Positions 1 to 12,665 of a stretch of DNA of 32,000 nucleotides are shown here, piece after piece. The stretch is taken from contig CAVVCU010000005.1 of NCBI GenBank assembly GCA_963746825.1, positions 742,446 to 774,445 of the forward strand, given 5' to 3'. The notes beneath the pieces were generated by a model that was given only the letters and a program-made list of their open reading frames with translations, had not been told where the DNA came from and made no database searches. Source of the DNA: an uncultured Thermoleophilaceae bacterium. Lineage in GTDB: Bacteria > Actinomycetota > Thermoleophilia > Solirubrobacterales > Thermoleophilaceae. A program made the position numbers and the translations under genes. Within the stretch, counting starts at the first letter, position 1. Each line of letters begins with the position of its first letter.

Positions 1-2268
1 GAGGGCAAGCGCCGACTCGATTCGCTGCGGCGGCGCTTTGCAGGCTTCCGGGCGACGGAACTGCGCACCAGCAACGCCGCCGCCCGGGACGCCGCCGCCT
101 CTGCCGACCGTTCGCTGGTGTTCGCCGCGGCCGGGCTCGTGCTGTCGATCCTGCTTCTCCTCGCCCTGGCCGCCTACGTGATCCTGCGCGTCCTGCGGCC
201 CGTCGGTGACGTGGCGTCGGCCGCCGACCGCCTGGCCTCCGGGCGCCGCGACGTCCGGGCCTCGGAGCGCGGCGGCGGCGAGATCGGCCGGCTCGGGCGC
301 TCGTTCAACCGCATGGCGTCGGCGCTGACCGAACGCGAGCGCGAGCTGCGAAAGGCGCGCGAAGAGGCCGAGGAGGCCTCGGCGCTGAAGTCGGGCTTCC
401 TGGCCAACATGAGCCACGAGATCCGGACCCCGCTCAACGGCGTGATCGGGATGAACGAACTGTTGCTGGGCACCGATCTCGACACCGAGCAGACCGAGTA
501 CGCACGGACGGGGCGCACGTCGGGCGAGGCGCTCCTCAGCGTGATCAACGACATCCTCGACATCTCCAAGATCGAGGCCGGGCAGCTCGAGATCGAGGAG
601 CGCGACTTCGACCTTCGCGAGGTGGTCGAGAGCGCGGCGCAGATCGCGGCGCTCACCGCGCGCGAGAAGGAGCTCGATCTAACAGTCTACGTCCACGAGG
701 ACGTACCCCGCGCGGTGCAGGGCGACAGCACACGGCTCGCCCAGGTGCTGACCAACCTGCTCTCCAACGCGTTGAAGTTCACGCCTGACGGGGAGGTGGC
801 TCTGGAGGTGCGGGCCGACGGACACGAGGCAGGCGCGACGATGATCGGCTTCCACGTGCGCGACACCGGCATCGGCATCGAGCCCGAGCGCCTGGAGGCG
901 CTCTTCGAGCCCTTCACCCAGGCCGACCTCTCGACCACCCGCCGCTACGGCGGATCGGGGCTCGGGCTGGCCATCTGCCGCGAGCTGGTCACGCTGATGG
1001 GTGGCCGCATCGAGGCGAAGAGCGTGATCGGCAAGGGCAGCGATTTCGACTTCGTGGTGCCCTTCGAGTACGCGACCTCCGAGCCGACCCACTCTCCGTC
1101 CCGCCCCGAGCTGCGCGGCCTGCGTGTTCTCGCCGTTGACGACCATGCGACCAACCGGCGCATACTCGAGGCCTACCTGGCCGCGTGGGGTATGCGTCCG
1201 GAGCTAGCCATGAGCGCGTCGGACGCGATCGAGCGGATGGAGACCGCCGTGGTCCGCGGAGCGCCCTTCGACCTCGCCATCCTCGACTACGACATGCCCG
1301 ACATGGACGGCGCCGAGCTGGCCCGGAGGATCTCGGAGTCCCCAGCGCTGCGCGGCACCCGCTTGATCATGCTGGCGTCGAGCGCGGCCGCCCTCGAGCC
1401 TGCCTTGGGGGCCGGAGTGCTGAGGATGCTCACAAAGCCCATTCGTCAGGCGCGGCTCTACGAAGAGATCGCGGCGGCCATGGCCATGAGCACCCGCCGG
1501 CCGGGGCCGGCTACGCCAAGCCAACAGGAGGCCCTCCAGCGCGACCCTGCCGGAGGGGCTCTCGTCCTCATCGCCGAGGACCAGCACGTGAACCGGCTGC
1601 TGACCGAGCGCCTGCTCGAGCGCCGCGGACACCGCACGGTGGCCGCCGGCGACGGCCGGGAGGTCTTGGAGGTGCTGTCGCGCGAGCAGCCCGACCTGGT
1701 GCTGATGGACTGCCAGATGCCGCTGCTCGACGGCTACGAGACCACGCGCGAGATCCGCGAGCGCGAATCACAGCTCGAGGCCGGGCGGCTGCCCATCGTG
1801 GCCATGACGGCCAGCGCCATGGAGGGCGACCGCGAGCGCTGCCTCGCCGTGGGCATGGACGACTACCTGGCCAAGCCGCTTCGCTTGGAAGACCTCGATG
1901 CCGTGCTCTCGCGCTGGCTGCCGGCGGGCAGCGCGGTCGACACGGTCGACAGGGCGCGCCTCGACGATCTGGAGCACGACTTCAACCCACTACTGGTGCG
2001 CGACTTGATCGAATCCCTCCTCGGGACCTCACCCGGTCTGGTCAAGCGGATCGCCGCGGCCGCGGAGGCGTCCGATCGCGACACCGCGGCCCACGCCGCG
2101 CACCGCCTCCGCGGCGGCTCTTTGGCCCTTGGCGCGACGGAGCTGGCCGAGGCCTGCGCCGCGGTGGAGGCGCCCGGCGCCGACCTCTTCGCCGCGGCCG
2201 CATCGGTGGAGCGCGCCTGGCAGGCGACCGAGATCGCGCTGCGCGAGCGTGTCGGCCAGCCGCGCTAG
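1..2268 (+). CDS. Hybrid sensor histidine kinase / response regulator (TM-HAMP-HisKA-HATPase-REC-REC-Hpt); 5' end lies outside the window
   Basis: Track ORF 118..2268 stays open in the same frame back to base 1 ([16 protein letters not shown]...), so the GTG at 118 is probably internal. Motifs read directly: TM helix plus HAMP ([15 protein letters not shown]), H-box [19 protein letters not shown], ATPase boxes ([27 protein letters not shown]), two receiver domains with acceptor-Asp contexts ([13 protein letters not shown] and [13 protein letters not shown]), and a C-terminal Hpt-like [12 protein letters not shown]. Confidence 0.9.
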   Translation, partial: EGKRRLDSLRRRFAGFRATELRTSNAAARDAAASADRSLVFAAAGLVLSILLLLALAAYVILRVLRPVGDVASAADRLASGRRDVRASERGGGEIGRLGRSFNRMASALTERERELRKAREEAEEASALKSGFLANMSHEIRTPLNGVIGMNELLLGTDLDTEQTEYARTGRTSGEALLSVINDILDISKIEAGQLEIEERDFDLREVVESAAQIAALTAREKELDLTVYVHEDVPRAVQGDSTRLAQVLTNLLSNALKFTPDGEVALEVRADGHEAGATMIGFHVRDTGIGIEPERLEALFEPFTQADLSTTRRYGGSGLGLAICRELVTLMGGRIEAKSVIGKGSDFDFVVPFEYATSEPTHSPSRPELRGLRVLAVDDHATNRRILEAYLAAWGMRPELAMSASDAIERMETAVVRGAPFDLAILDYDMPDMDGAELARRISESPALRGTRLIMLASSAAALEPALGAGVLRMLTKPIRQARLYEEIAAAMAMSTRRPGPATPSQQEALQRDPAGGALVLIAEDQHVNRLLTERLLERRGHRTVAAGDGREVLEVLSREQPDLVLMDCQMPLLDGYETTREIRERESQLEAGRLPIVAMTASAMEGDRERCLAVGMDDYLAKPLRLEDLDAVLSRWLPAGSAVDTVDRARLDDLEHDFNPLLVRDLIESLLGTSPGLVKRIAAAAEASDRDTAAHAAHRLRGGSLALGATELAEACAAVEAPGADLFAAAASVERAWQATEIALRERVGQPR

Positions 2269-2270
2269 CG

Positions 2271-2666
2271 CTAGAGGTCGCGGATGTCGAACGCCTCGTC
2301 GGCGTCGTCGACGGTCGGCTTGCGAAAGAACCCGGGATTGACGCAGTCGAAGGCCTCGCTGTAGCCGTCGTACGCACGCTCGACGGTCGACCGGCATTGG
2401 GCGAGCGGGAGGCCGCTCATCTTCACGCCACCGAAGCCGTGACGGGTCCGCTCGGCCTGCTCGAAGAGCTCCACGTCGATCTCTCCACGGAACACCTTGT
2501 TCATGCAGCCCATGAAGCGCCGCCCGCTCTCCTCGTCGTCGTAGAGGTAGAGGTATTGGCATCCGCTGGTGATGCAGCCCGCGGGATGAACGGTGCGGTC
2601 GCAGAACGAGCAGCACTGGCGGCACTCGTGGAGCTCCACGGTCGTGCGTTCTGAGATCGGCGCCAC
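2271..2666 (-). CDS. Cys-rich small hypothetical protein (131 aa), possible metal-binding
   Basis: GTG start lies 21 nt downstream of the dnaE stop on the same strand. Composition is balanced (D/E/F/Y/K) and unlike the R/A/G/P-rich shadow ORFs of this window. N-terminal cluster HECRQCCSFCDRTVHPAGCITSGC plus three more Cys. I do not recognise a family. Start codon uncertain. Confidence 0.6.
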   Translation of the reverse strand: MAPISERTTVELHECRQCCSFCDRTVHPAGCITSGCQYLYLYDDEESGRRFMGCMNKVFRGEIDVELFEQAERTRHGFGGVKMSGLPLAQCRSTVERAYDGYSEAFDCVNPGFFRKPTVDDADEAFDIRDL

Positions 2667-2687
2667 GCAAAAAGTGTAGACCGACTG

Positions 2688-6167
<3,480 letters not shown>

Positions 6168-6177
6168 CCGGGCTTCG

Positions 6178-6183
6178 AATATA
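6178..6183 (-). promoter_or_regulatory. Candidate -10 element (TATATT on minus strand) for dnaE
   Basis: This is one of the very few AT-rich hexamers in the 105-bp dnaE/VOC divergent spacer. It ends 10 nt upstream of the dnaE ATG, which implies a very short leader. No -35 was identified. Confidence 0.3.
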
Positions 6184-6272
6184 CGTCCGGGCTCGGACCG
6201 CACGGGGGTCACAGTTCTCGGCTTTCCCCGGTATTGCGGGTTGTTCGTCACATGCCTGAGAGACTGCCGCCC

Positions 6273-6635
6273 ATGGCACTCATTCAAGAGCTCGACTTCA
6301 TCGGCGTCCCCTCGCGGGACGGTGACCGTGCGCGCACTTTCTACCGCGACGTTCTTGGCATGCGCCCGGACGAGCACGCGGAGTACGAGCAATGGGCAGG
6401 CGGCACCTGCTTTGCCGTCTGGGAGCCCGAGAACGTCGGGATGGAGTTCGTCGCCCAGACCGGCAGCCCGCTGCCGCTGCGCGTGGAGGACGTCCACGCG
6501 GCGCGCGAAGAGCTGGAGTCCAAGGGCGTGACCTTTTTCGGCGACACCTTGGACACCGGCGTCTGCCATATGGCGATTTTCGCCGACCCCGACGGCAACC
6601 AGCTCATGCTGCACCGGCGCTACGCGCCGTACTGA
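6273..6635 (+). CDS. VOC / glyoxalase-bleomycin resistance fold protein (120 aa)
   Basis: Only the last 363 nt of track ORF 4647..6635 look coding. ATG at 6273, with an alternative in-frame ATG at 6252. VOC-like pattern: FIGVPSRDGDRARTFYRDVLGM ... CHMAIFADPDGNQLMLH. Confidence 0.8.
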   Translation: MALIQELDFIGVPSRDGDRARTFYRDVLGMRPDEHAEYEQWAGGTCFAVWEPENVGMEFVAQTGSPLPLRVEDVHAAREELESKGVTFFGDTLDTGVCHMAIFADPDGNQLMLHRRYAPY

Positions 6636-7690
6636 GCGGGGGCCAGCCGCGCCTGAGCCTGCTCGATGGCGCCGCGAGCCTCGGCGCTCCAGCGACGAAC
6701 GAGCTCGCCGGCCGGGAGGTCTTCGGCGAGCGTGTGTGCCTGGCCGGCCCAGAGATTGATCGCGTCGGCGTCCCCGGCTTTGCGCGCAGCCGCCCGCAGA
6801 GGCGCGGTGAGGTGGAGCACGTGCGGGTAGGCCGGCGGCGCTTGTGTGCCGTGGTCGCGCATGAAGGCGTTGACGATGCCGCGGGCGCGGCGTCCGCTGA
6901 AGGCGCGCGTGAGGGCCGTCGGGGTCGGACGAGTCAGCGCATCCCGATGCGCATCGCTGGTGGCGGCCTCGGGGCAGCGCATGAACGCGGTCCCGATCTG
7001 GGCTGCCCGCGCGCCGGCCGCGAGCACGGCGGCGACGGCGGCGCCGTCGGCGATACCTCCGGAGGCGATCAGGGGAAGCTCGCTGGCCCGCGCGACGAGC
7101 TGCAGCAACGGGGTGAGCGCGATCTCACCGCGGCCGTCGGCGTCCTCGAACGAGCCGCGGTGCCCGCCGGCCTCCACTCCCTGCACGATCAGCGCGTCGG
7201 CTCCGGAGCGAGCAGCGAGGAGCGCCTCATCCACCTCCGTCACCGTGACCCACACGGCGATGTCGCGCTCGTGCAACCGTTGTACGACTTCGGGCGAGGG
7301 GCAGCCGAACGTGAACGAGGTGATCGGCGGGCGCTCTTGGCAGACGACGTCGAGCTTGGCGTCCAGCGAGTCATCGTCGAAATGCGGCTCGCCGACCGCG
7401 ACCCGGTGCCGCTGCGCCTCGGGCGCGATGGCCCGCGCGTAGGCGGTGAGCCTGGCGCGATCGACCGGGGTCTCGGCGAGGACGAACAGGTTCACTCCCA
7501 CCGGTTCCGAGGTGAGCTCCCTGGTCCTCGCGATGTCCGCTTGCAGATCGTCGTGGCTCCTGTAGCCGGCGGCGAGAAAGCCCAGGCCGCCGGCGACCGA
7601 TACGGCGGCGGCCAGCGCCGGAGTCGAGGGACCACCGGCCATGGGCGCCTGGATGATCGGGTGACGCAGCCGGGGGAAGTCGTGAGTCAC
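6620..7690 (-). CDS. Nitronate monooxygenase (NMO / 2-nitropropane dioxygenase family, FMN TIM barrel)
   Basis: 356 aa, GTG start. RLRHPIIQAPMAGGPSTPALAAAVSVAGGLGFLAAGY and GGIADGAAVAAVLAAGARAAQIGTAF are characteristic of the family. Confidence 0.9.
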   Translation of the reverse strand: MTHDFPRLRHPIIQAPMAGGPSTPALAAAVSVAGGLGFLAAGYRSHDDLQADIARTRELTSEPVGVNLFVLAETPVDRARLTAYARAIAPEAQRHRVAVGEPHFDDDSLDAKLDVVCQERPPITSFTFGCPSPEVVQRLHERDIAVWVTVTEVDEALLAARSGADALIVQGVEAGGHRGSFEDADGRGEIALTPLLQLVARASELPLIASGGIADGAAVAAVLAAGARAAQIGTAFMRCPEAATSDAHRDALTRPTPTALTRAFSGRRARGIVNAFMRDHGTQAPPAYPHVLHLTAPLRAAARKAGDADAINLWAGQAHTLAEDLPAGELVRRWSAEARGAIEQAQARLAPAQYGA

Positions 7691-7710
7691 GACGTCGAGC
7701 CTACCAGATT

Positions 7711-7735
7711 ATGTAACCGAACGGTACGGTAACAT
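7711..7735. promoter_or_regulatory. Imperfect 25-bp palindrome, candidate TetR operator overlapping divergent promoters
   Basis: ATGTAACCGAAC-G-GTACGGTAACAT has half-sites ATGT[A/T]ACCG[A/T]AC, with 10 of 12 positions paired. It sits in the 52-bp spacer between the NMO gene (minus, start 7690) and the TetR gene (plus, start 7743). It ends 7 nt before the TetR ATG. TAACAT could serve as a -10 for a leaderless tetR mRNA. Confidence 0.45.
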
Positions 7736-7742
7736 CATTGCG

Positions 7743-8321
7743 ATGGCCCGGCCCCCCTCCCCGCAGATCCACGCCGCGCTGCTGGACGCTGCCGGGCAGC
7801 TGTTCTACGAACGCGGCATCGGCACGACCGGTGTCGAGACCGTTGCCGGCAGAGCCGGGGTGGGCAAGCCGGCCCTGTATCGCCACTTCGCGTCGAAGGC
7901 GGGTCTCGTCGACGCGACGCTCGCCAAACGAGACGCCGACCGCCGGCAGTCGCTCGTGGCCGCGCTCGAGCACGCGCCTCCCTCTCCCGCCATACGCCTC
8001 GAGGCTGCGGTCGAATGGCAGCTCGACTGGGTTGGCGATACTCGCTTCCGTGGCTGTGGGTTCGTGCGAGCCGCCGCGGAGACCCAGGCGGGCGGGCGAG
8101 CGGCGGCCGCCAGAGCGCACGAGCACAAGACGTGGTACCGCGGTGAGCTGGAAGGGCTGGCTGCCGCCGCGGGCGCGGCGGACCCGGAGCAGCTCGCCAT
8201 GCGGCTCGCCCTGGTCGTCGAGGGGGCCACGACGCTTGCCTTTCTCGGCGATCGCGGCCTGGTGATCGACGAGGCGCGCGAGATGGCCCAAGAACTGATT
8301 CAGCAGTCCTGCCCACGCTGA
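7743..8321 (+). CDS. TetR/AcrR family transcriptional regulator
   Basis: 192 aa. N-terminal HTH TTGVETVAGRAGVGKPALYRHFASKAGLV. Confidence 0.9.
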   Translation: MARPPSPQIHAALLDAAGQLFYERGIGTTGVETVAGRAGVGKPALYRHFASKAGLVDATLAKRDADRRQSLVAALEHAPPSPAIRLEAAVEWQLDWVGDTRFRGCGFVRAAAETQAGGRAAAARAHEHKTWYRGELEGLAAAAGAADPEQLAMRLALVVEGATTLAFLGDRGLVIDEAREMAQELIQQSCPR

Positions 8322-8368
8322 CTCGTCGCGGACTCCTTGGAGCTCCTGGCACGTAGTCCAGGCTGATC

Positions 8369-9280
8369 GTGTTTTCCGAAGTCGCTGACCCCGCCGCAGA
8401 GAGCGGCCTTCGGCTGCGCTCGGGAGGCTTCGTGTCCGTACCCGGGGCCCTGACGCCTTCTGAGGTGACGCGGCTCGTTGCCGCACTCGACAAGGTTTAT
8501 GAGGACGAGATTGCCCATGGGCGTACCGGCGCCGGCGAGCCCATGCATCTGCTCGGCGAGATCGGCCGCGACGACGCTTTCCTCGAGCTGCTCGACCATC
8601 CGGCCGTGTTCCCCATCATCTGGAGCGAGTTGGGCTGGAACATCCACCTGTACCACTGTCACCTGGACGTGACCCCGCCGCGTCAACGGGCCCGCCATCA
8701 GCCCGCCTGGGGCTGGCATCAAGACGGGGGGCGCCAAAACCTCGAGCTCGAATCCGACCCCCGGCCGCGGATGTCGCTCAAGGTGGCCTTCTGGCTCTCC
8801 GACGTCTCGGCCCCAGACCGCGGCAACATGCTGATCGTTCCAGGAAGCCACGAGAGCAACACCCTTTCCAGGCCCGGGAAACCCGAGCTCGGCTTCGACC
8901 CGCCTACCGGTGCGGCACCTGTGCTCGCCTCGGCCGGTGACGCACTTGTCTTCGATCGCCGGCTCTGGCACTCGCGCAGCGACAACGTCTCAGAGCACAC
9001 ACGTCGAGTGATCTTCCTCGCCTACAGCTACCGCTGGGTCAGGCCGCGAGACGAGTTCGGCATGGACCCGGGCAGCGAGCGCTTCCTCGGCCTCTCTCCC
9101 GTGCGCCGTCAGCTCCTCGGCGAGCCCGCCGGCCCCCACCACCAGTGGGGACTGGAGCGCGATGCCGTACCTCTATACGCAGCGCTGAAGCGCCAGGGGC
9201 ACGGCGGGAACTACGGAGCCGGCAGCCGAGGATCCGGCCAGGGGGATTCGCCGTCCGGGCTGGCCAGCACGACGAGGTAG
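8369..9280 (+). CDS. Phytanoyl-CoA dioxygenase (PhyH) family Fe(II)/2-oxoglutarate oxygenase
   Basis: 303 aa. HxD facial-triad motif in GWHQDGG, distal His in RRLWHSRSDN, overall PhyH-like layout. The GTG start at 8369 is not verified. The low-complexity C-terminal tail overlaps the convergent VOC gene. Confidence 0.75.
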   Translation: MFSEVADPAAESGLRLRSGGFVSVPGALTPSEVTRLVAALDKVYEDEIAHGRTGAGEPMHLLGEIGRDDAFLELLDHPAVFPIIWSELGWNIHLYHCHLDVTPPRQRARHQPAWGWHQDGGRQNLELESDPRPRMSLKVAFWLSDVSAPDRGNMLIVPGSHESNTLSRPGKPELGFDPPTGAAPVLASAGDALVFDRRLWHSRSDNVSEHTRRVIFLAYSYRWVRPRDEFGMDPGSERFLGLSPVRRQLLGEPAGPHHQWGLERDAVPLYAALKRQGHGGNYGAGSRGSGQGDSPSGLASTTR

Positions 9281-9642
9281 CCGTCCGGGTCACGGAGCCA
9301 CAGCTCGCGATGGTCCGGCCCGCCGGGGCCATCGGGCGGGTTTCGGTGTGGTGGCCGGACGACCTCGGCGTCGAGCGCCTCGGCGCGACCGACTGCCTCG
9401 TCGAAGTCGTCGAGCTCGAACCACAGTGCGACGCCGTTTCCGTAGGGTCGCGACGACGGGTCGCCGATCATGCCGTGGTGGTGCTCCACGTCGAAGTGGT
9501 GCAGCTGCAGGACGAGTTCCCCGCGATGGACGAGCCGCTCGTACTCCTCCCCGCCGTGTGCGCTTTCGCAGGCCAGCAGCTGCTGGTACCAGCGACTGCT
9601 CCGCGGTACGTCGTTGACCGAGATCAGCGGCTGAGGGCGCAT
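9211..9642 (-). CDS. VOC / glyoxalase-fold protein (143 aa)
   Basis: ATG at 9642. Only the C-terminal third of track ORF 9211..10611 looks coding. MRPQPLISVNDVPRSSRWYQQLL ... GVALWFELDDFDEAVGRAEALDAEVV ... ELWLRDPDGYLVVLASP is a typical VOC beta-alpha-beta-beta-beta pattern. Confidence 0.75.
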   Translation of the reverse strand: MRPQPLISVNDVPRSSRWYQQLLACESAHGGEEYERLVHRGELVLQLHHFDVEHHHGMIGDPSSRPYGNGVALWFELDDFDEAVGRAEALDAEVVRPPHRNPPDGPGGPDHRELWLRDPDGYLVVLASPDGESPWPDPRLPAP

Positions 9643-9696
9643 CGTGGGGCGAGTGTACGGGGGTATGTTGCGTGCCCGACCGGGTACAGGCTCGAG

Positions 9697-10620
9697 ATGC
9701 CGCGCGCGGTGCGCTTCGACAGATATGGCCCTGTGGAGGAGCTCTACGTGGCCGACGTCGAGGCGCCGGAGACCGGCCCGGGCCGAGTGGTCGTCGAGGT
9801 GGTCGCAACCTCGATCAACCCCGGCGAGATCTCCATCCGCGAAGGCGCGATGGACGAGCAGACGCCCGCCACGTTCCCGTCGGGTCAGGGCAGTGACCTC
9901 GCCGGGCGCATCGCCGCCGTCGGCGACGGCGTGACCGACTGGGCGACCGGCGACGAGGTGATCGGCTGGACGGACGAGCGCGGCGCACAGGCCGAGGTCG
10001 TGGCCGTGCCGGCGGACCAGCTGACCGCGCGGCCCGACGGCGTGCCCTGGGAGCAGGCCGGGTCGCTGTACGTTGCCGGCTGCACCGCCTGCGCCATGGT
10101 GGATGCGGCCGGCGTCCAGGCGGGCGAGACCGTGGCCGTGGCCGGCGCGAGCGGCGGCGTGGGCTCGATCGCGATCCAGCTTCTGCGCAATCGCGGCGCG
10201 CGTGTGCTGGGGATCGCCGGCCCGGCGAACGCCGACTGGCTCGCCGAGCTCGGCGTCGAGCCCGTGGCCTACGGGGACGGTTTGGAGGAGCGCCTGCGCA
10301 CCGCGGCACCCGACGGGATCGACGCCGTGCTCGACGCCTACGGCGGCGGATACGTCGGCCAGGCCATCGACCTCGGGGTCGCGCCGCAGAGGATCGTGAC
10401 CATCATCGACTTCGAGGCGGCGAAGGAGCACGGGGCCAAGACGGTGTTCGGGCATGCGGTCGCCTCGGCCGCGATGCTCGCCGACCTCGCCGGCATGATC
10501 GATGCCGGCGACCTGAGCGTCCCGATAGCCGCCACCTATCCGCTGGACGAGGTGCGCGAGGCCTACACGCTGCTGGCCGAGCGCCACACCCGCGGCAAGA
10601 TCGTCCTCCACCCGAGCTGA
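9697..10620 (+). CDS. NADPH:quinone oxidoreductase / zeta-crystallin-type medium-chain dehydrogenase
   Basis: 307 aa from ATG 9697. GRVVVEVVATSINPGE, nucleotide-binding GETVAVAGASGGVGSIAIQLL, C-terminal RGKIVL. Confidence 0.9.
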   Translation: MPRAVRFDRYGPVEELYVADVEAPETGPGRVVVEVVATSINPGEISIREGAMDEQTPATFPSGQGSDLAGRIAAVGDGVTDWATGDEVIGWTDERGAQAEVVAVPADQLTARPDGVPWEQAGSLYVAGCTACAMVDAAGVQAGETVAVAGASGGVGSIAIQLLRNRGARVLGIAGPANADWLAELGVEPVAYGDGLEERLRTAAPDGIDAVLDAYGGGYVGQAIDLGVAPQRIVTIIDFEAAKEHGAKTVFGHAVASAAMLADLAGMIDAGDLSVPIAATYPLDEVREAYTLLAERHTRGKIVLHPS

Positions 10621-10622
10621 GC

Positions 10623-11555
10623 ATGACGAGCTCGGTCCGGCTCGAGCCCGTGGTCGCCGCCGACGCGGCGGGAGTGCTCGAGCTCGTGTCGGCGCTCGAG
10701 TCGTCGCTGTACGGCCAGAGTGCGTTCTCGCAGGCCGACCTGCAGGACGAGTGGGCGGACCTCGAGCTCGAGCGGGACGCCCGCGTGGTTCGCGAGGGCG
10801 ACCGCATCGTCGGCTACGGCATTGTGCGGGAGCGAGGCGAGCACTGGCTCACGGAGGGGTACGTCCACCCCGACGCGCTCGGGCGCGGAATCGGGAGGCT
10901 GATCGCGACGGAGCTCGAGCAGGGCGCGGCCCGGGCCGGCGCACGCAAGGTCCAGAACGCCATCCTCGAGGCCGACTCCGCCGCCCGCGGGCTGCTCGAG
11001 TCGCTCGGCTACGACGCGGTGCGCGTCTTTCGCGAGTTGCGCATCGAGCTCGAAGCGCCGCCGCCCGCACCCGAGTGGCCGGACGGGCTGTTCGTCGTCC
11101 CCTTCGATCCGGAGCGTCACGCGCGCGAGTTCCACGCCGCGCACCAGGAGGCGTTCGCGGACGTGTGGGACTACACGCCGCGCGATTTCGAGTCGTGGTC
11201 GAAGCTCCACATCGGGAGCGAGAGCTTCGACCCGACGCTCTGGTGCGTCGTCCGCGCCGAGGATGAGATCGCCGCCGGCACGATCTCCAGAGGCGACACG
11301 TACGGCGGCGGCTTCGTCGACGTGCTGTTCACGCGCCGCCCATGGCGCAGGCAGGGCGTGGGGGCGGCGCTCCTGGTCGATTCGTTCGGGCGCTTCTGGG
11401 AGCGCGGCGAGCGCAGCGTCGGGCTCAGCGTCGACACGGCGAGCGACACCGGCGCCTTTCGCCTCTACGAGCGCGCCGGGATGACGGCAACGCTGGGCTG
11501 GCTGCTGTACGAGAAGGAGCTTGGCGACGCCGGCGCCCCCGCGACCCGTCACTAG
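10623..11555 (+). CDS. GNAT family N-acetyltransferase, two-domain (MshD-like architecture)
   Basis: 310 aa. The start is 2 nt after the oxidoreductase stop. Two acetyltransferase-like halves: RGIGRLIATELEQGAARAGA, and RRQGVGAALLVDSFGRFWERGERSVGLSVDTASDTGAFRLYERAGM. Confidence 0.8.
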   Translation: MTSSVRLEPVVAADAAGVLELVSALESSLYGQSAFSQADLQDEWADLELERDARVVREGDRIVGYGIVRERGEHWLTEGYVHPDALGRGIGRLIATELEQGAARAGARKVQNAILEADSAARGLLESLGYDAVRVFRELRIELEAPPPAPEWPDGLFVVPFDPERHAREFHAAHQEAFADVWDYTPRDFESWSKLHIGSESFDPTLWCVVRAEDEIAAGTISRGDTYGGGFVDVLFTRRPWRRQGVGAALLVDSFGRFWERGERSVGLSVDTASDTGAFRLYERAGMTATLGWLLYEKELGDAGAPATRH

Positions 11556-11577
11556 GCTGGGCGGGCTGAAGAACCCC

Positions 11578-12591
11578 ATGCGTCTGCTGCTCGTTCTCAC
11601 GACCGTCTGCCTGGCTCTCGGTGGCGCGCTCAGCGCCCCGTTCGCGACCGCCGCGGTCGGCGTGCCGCGGGAGGCGCGGGCCGTCAACACCTCCCACCCC
11701 GACCGCTGGGTCGGCCGAGGCACGCCGCGCAGCTGCACGTCGCGGGCGGTCGTGCGGGCGGTGGCCAAGGGCGGGGTCATCAGGTTCCGCTGCGGGCCGG
11801 ACCCGGTCCGGATCGAGATGAGGCGTACCGCGAAGGTGGTCAACACCAGCCGTCGCGTGGTCCTCGACGGGCGCGGCCTGGTCACCCTCAGCGGCGGCGG
11901 GAAGCGGCGCATCCTCTACCAGAACACCTGCGACCAGCGGCAGATCTGGACCACCTCGCACTGCGACGACCAGGCCACCCCCCGTCTGGTGGTGCAGAAC
12001 CTGACCTTCGCCGACGGTGACTCCACCGGCGAGACCTACGAGGGTGGCGGGGGCGGCGCGATCTTCGCCCGCGGCGGCCGCCTGAAGATCGTCGGCTCGA
12101 CGTTCAGCGGCAACCGCTGCGACCCGGCGGGCCCGGATCTGGGCGGCGGCGCCGTGCGGGCCCTGTCGCAGCACGACGGCCAGCCGGTGTACGTGGCCGG
12201 CAGCAGCTTCACCGGCGGGGTCTGCAGCAACGGAGCCGCTCTGAGCAGCATCGGCGTGTCGTGGTCGATCTTCAACAGCGTGTTCACCGGCAACCGCGCA
12301 ATCGGCAGCGGGGCCAACCCCACGCGGCCCGGCACCGCAGGCGGCGGCTCGGGAGGCGCCCTGTACGCGGACGGCAACGACTTCCGCGTCCTGCTCGCGG
12401 GCACGCGGATGACCCGCAACCGCGCGCGCGAGGGCGGCGGGGCGGTCTTCTTCGTCAGCAACGACCGCAGCGGCGTTCTCGAGATCCGATCCTCGACCCT
12501 GCGTCGCAACCCGAGCGCAGGCTTTGAAACCGACCCGGGAATCTTCTTCCTCGGCCGCGACCAGATCATCGTCGACTCGGTCGTGAGGTGA
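11578..12591 (+). CDS. Secreted right-handed parallel beta-helix repeat protein
   Basis: 337 aa from ATG 11578. Signal peptide MRLLLVLTTVCLALGGALSAPFATAAVG. Recurrent Gly-rich turns with trailing F/N rungs (GGGGAIFARGG, LGGGAVRAL, GGSGGALYADGN, EGGGAVFFVSN; STFSGN, SVFTGN). Confidence 0.7.
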   Translation: MRLLLVLTTVCLALGGALSAPFATAAVGVPREARAVNTSHPDRWVGRGTPRSCTSRAVVRAVAKGGVIRFRCGPDPVRIEMRRTAKVVNTSRRVVLDGRGLVTLSGGGKRRILYQNTCDQRQIWTTSHCDDQATPRLVVQNLTFADGDSTGETYEGGGGGAIFARGGRLKIVGSTFSGNRCDPAGPDLGGGAVRALSQHDGQPVYVAGSSFTGGVCSNGAALSSIGVSWSIFNSVFTGNRAIGSGANPTRPGTAGGGSGGALYADGNDFRVLLAGTRMTRNRAREGGGAVFFVSNDRSGVLEIRSSTLRRNPSAGFETDPGIFFLGRDQIIVDSVVR

Positions 12592-12594
12592 CTC

Positions 12595-12629
12595 GACCGG
12601 GCGCGCCGGTCCACTGTGAGGCATGTCAC
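12595..12629 (+). terminator. Two GC-rich hairpins after the beta-helix gene (possible intrinsic terminator, no U-tract)
   Basis: GACCGG-gcgcg-CCGGTC at 12595..12611 begins 4 nt after the TGA stop. It is followed by TGTGA-ggcatg-TCACA at 12614..12629. Confidence 0.25.
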
Positions 12630-12665
12630 ATGGGGGTGGCGGCGGCTCTCTAGCGTGGCGTGGCC

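Noticed and set aside
2265-2274. Perfect 10-bp palindrome CTAGCGCTAG between the histidine kinase and the Cys-rich ORF.
   Set aside because: It is simply two convergent TAG stop codons 2 bp apart. It is too short to be a terminator or binding site with any confidence.
9211-9280. 70-bp convergent overlap between the PhyH gene tail and the VOC gene tail.
   Set aside because: The PhyH tail here is low-complexity (GAGSRGSGQGDSPSGLASTTR) and is probably a non-essential extension up to the first available stop. There is no evidence of a functional antisense arrangement.
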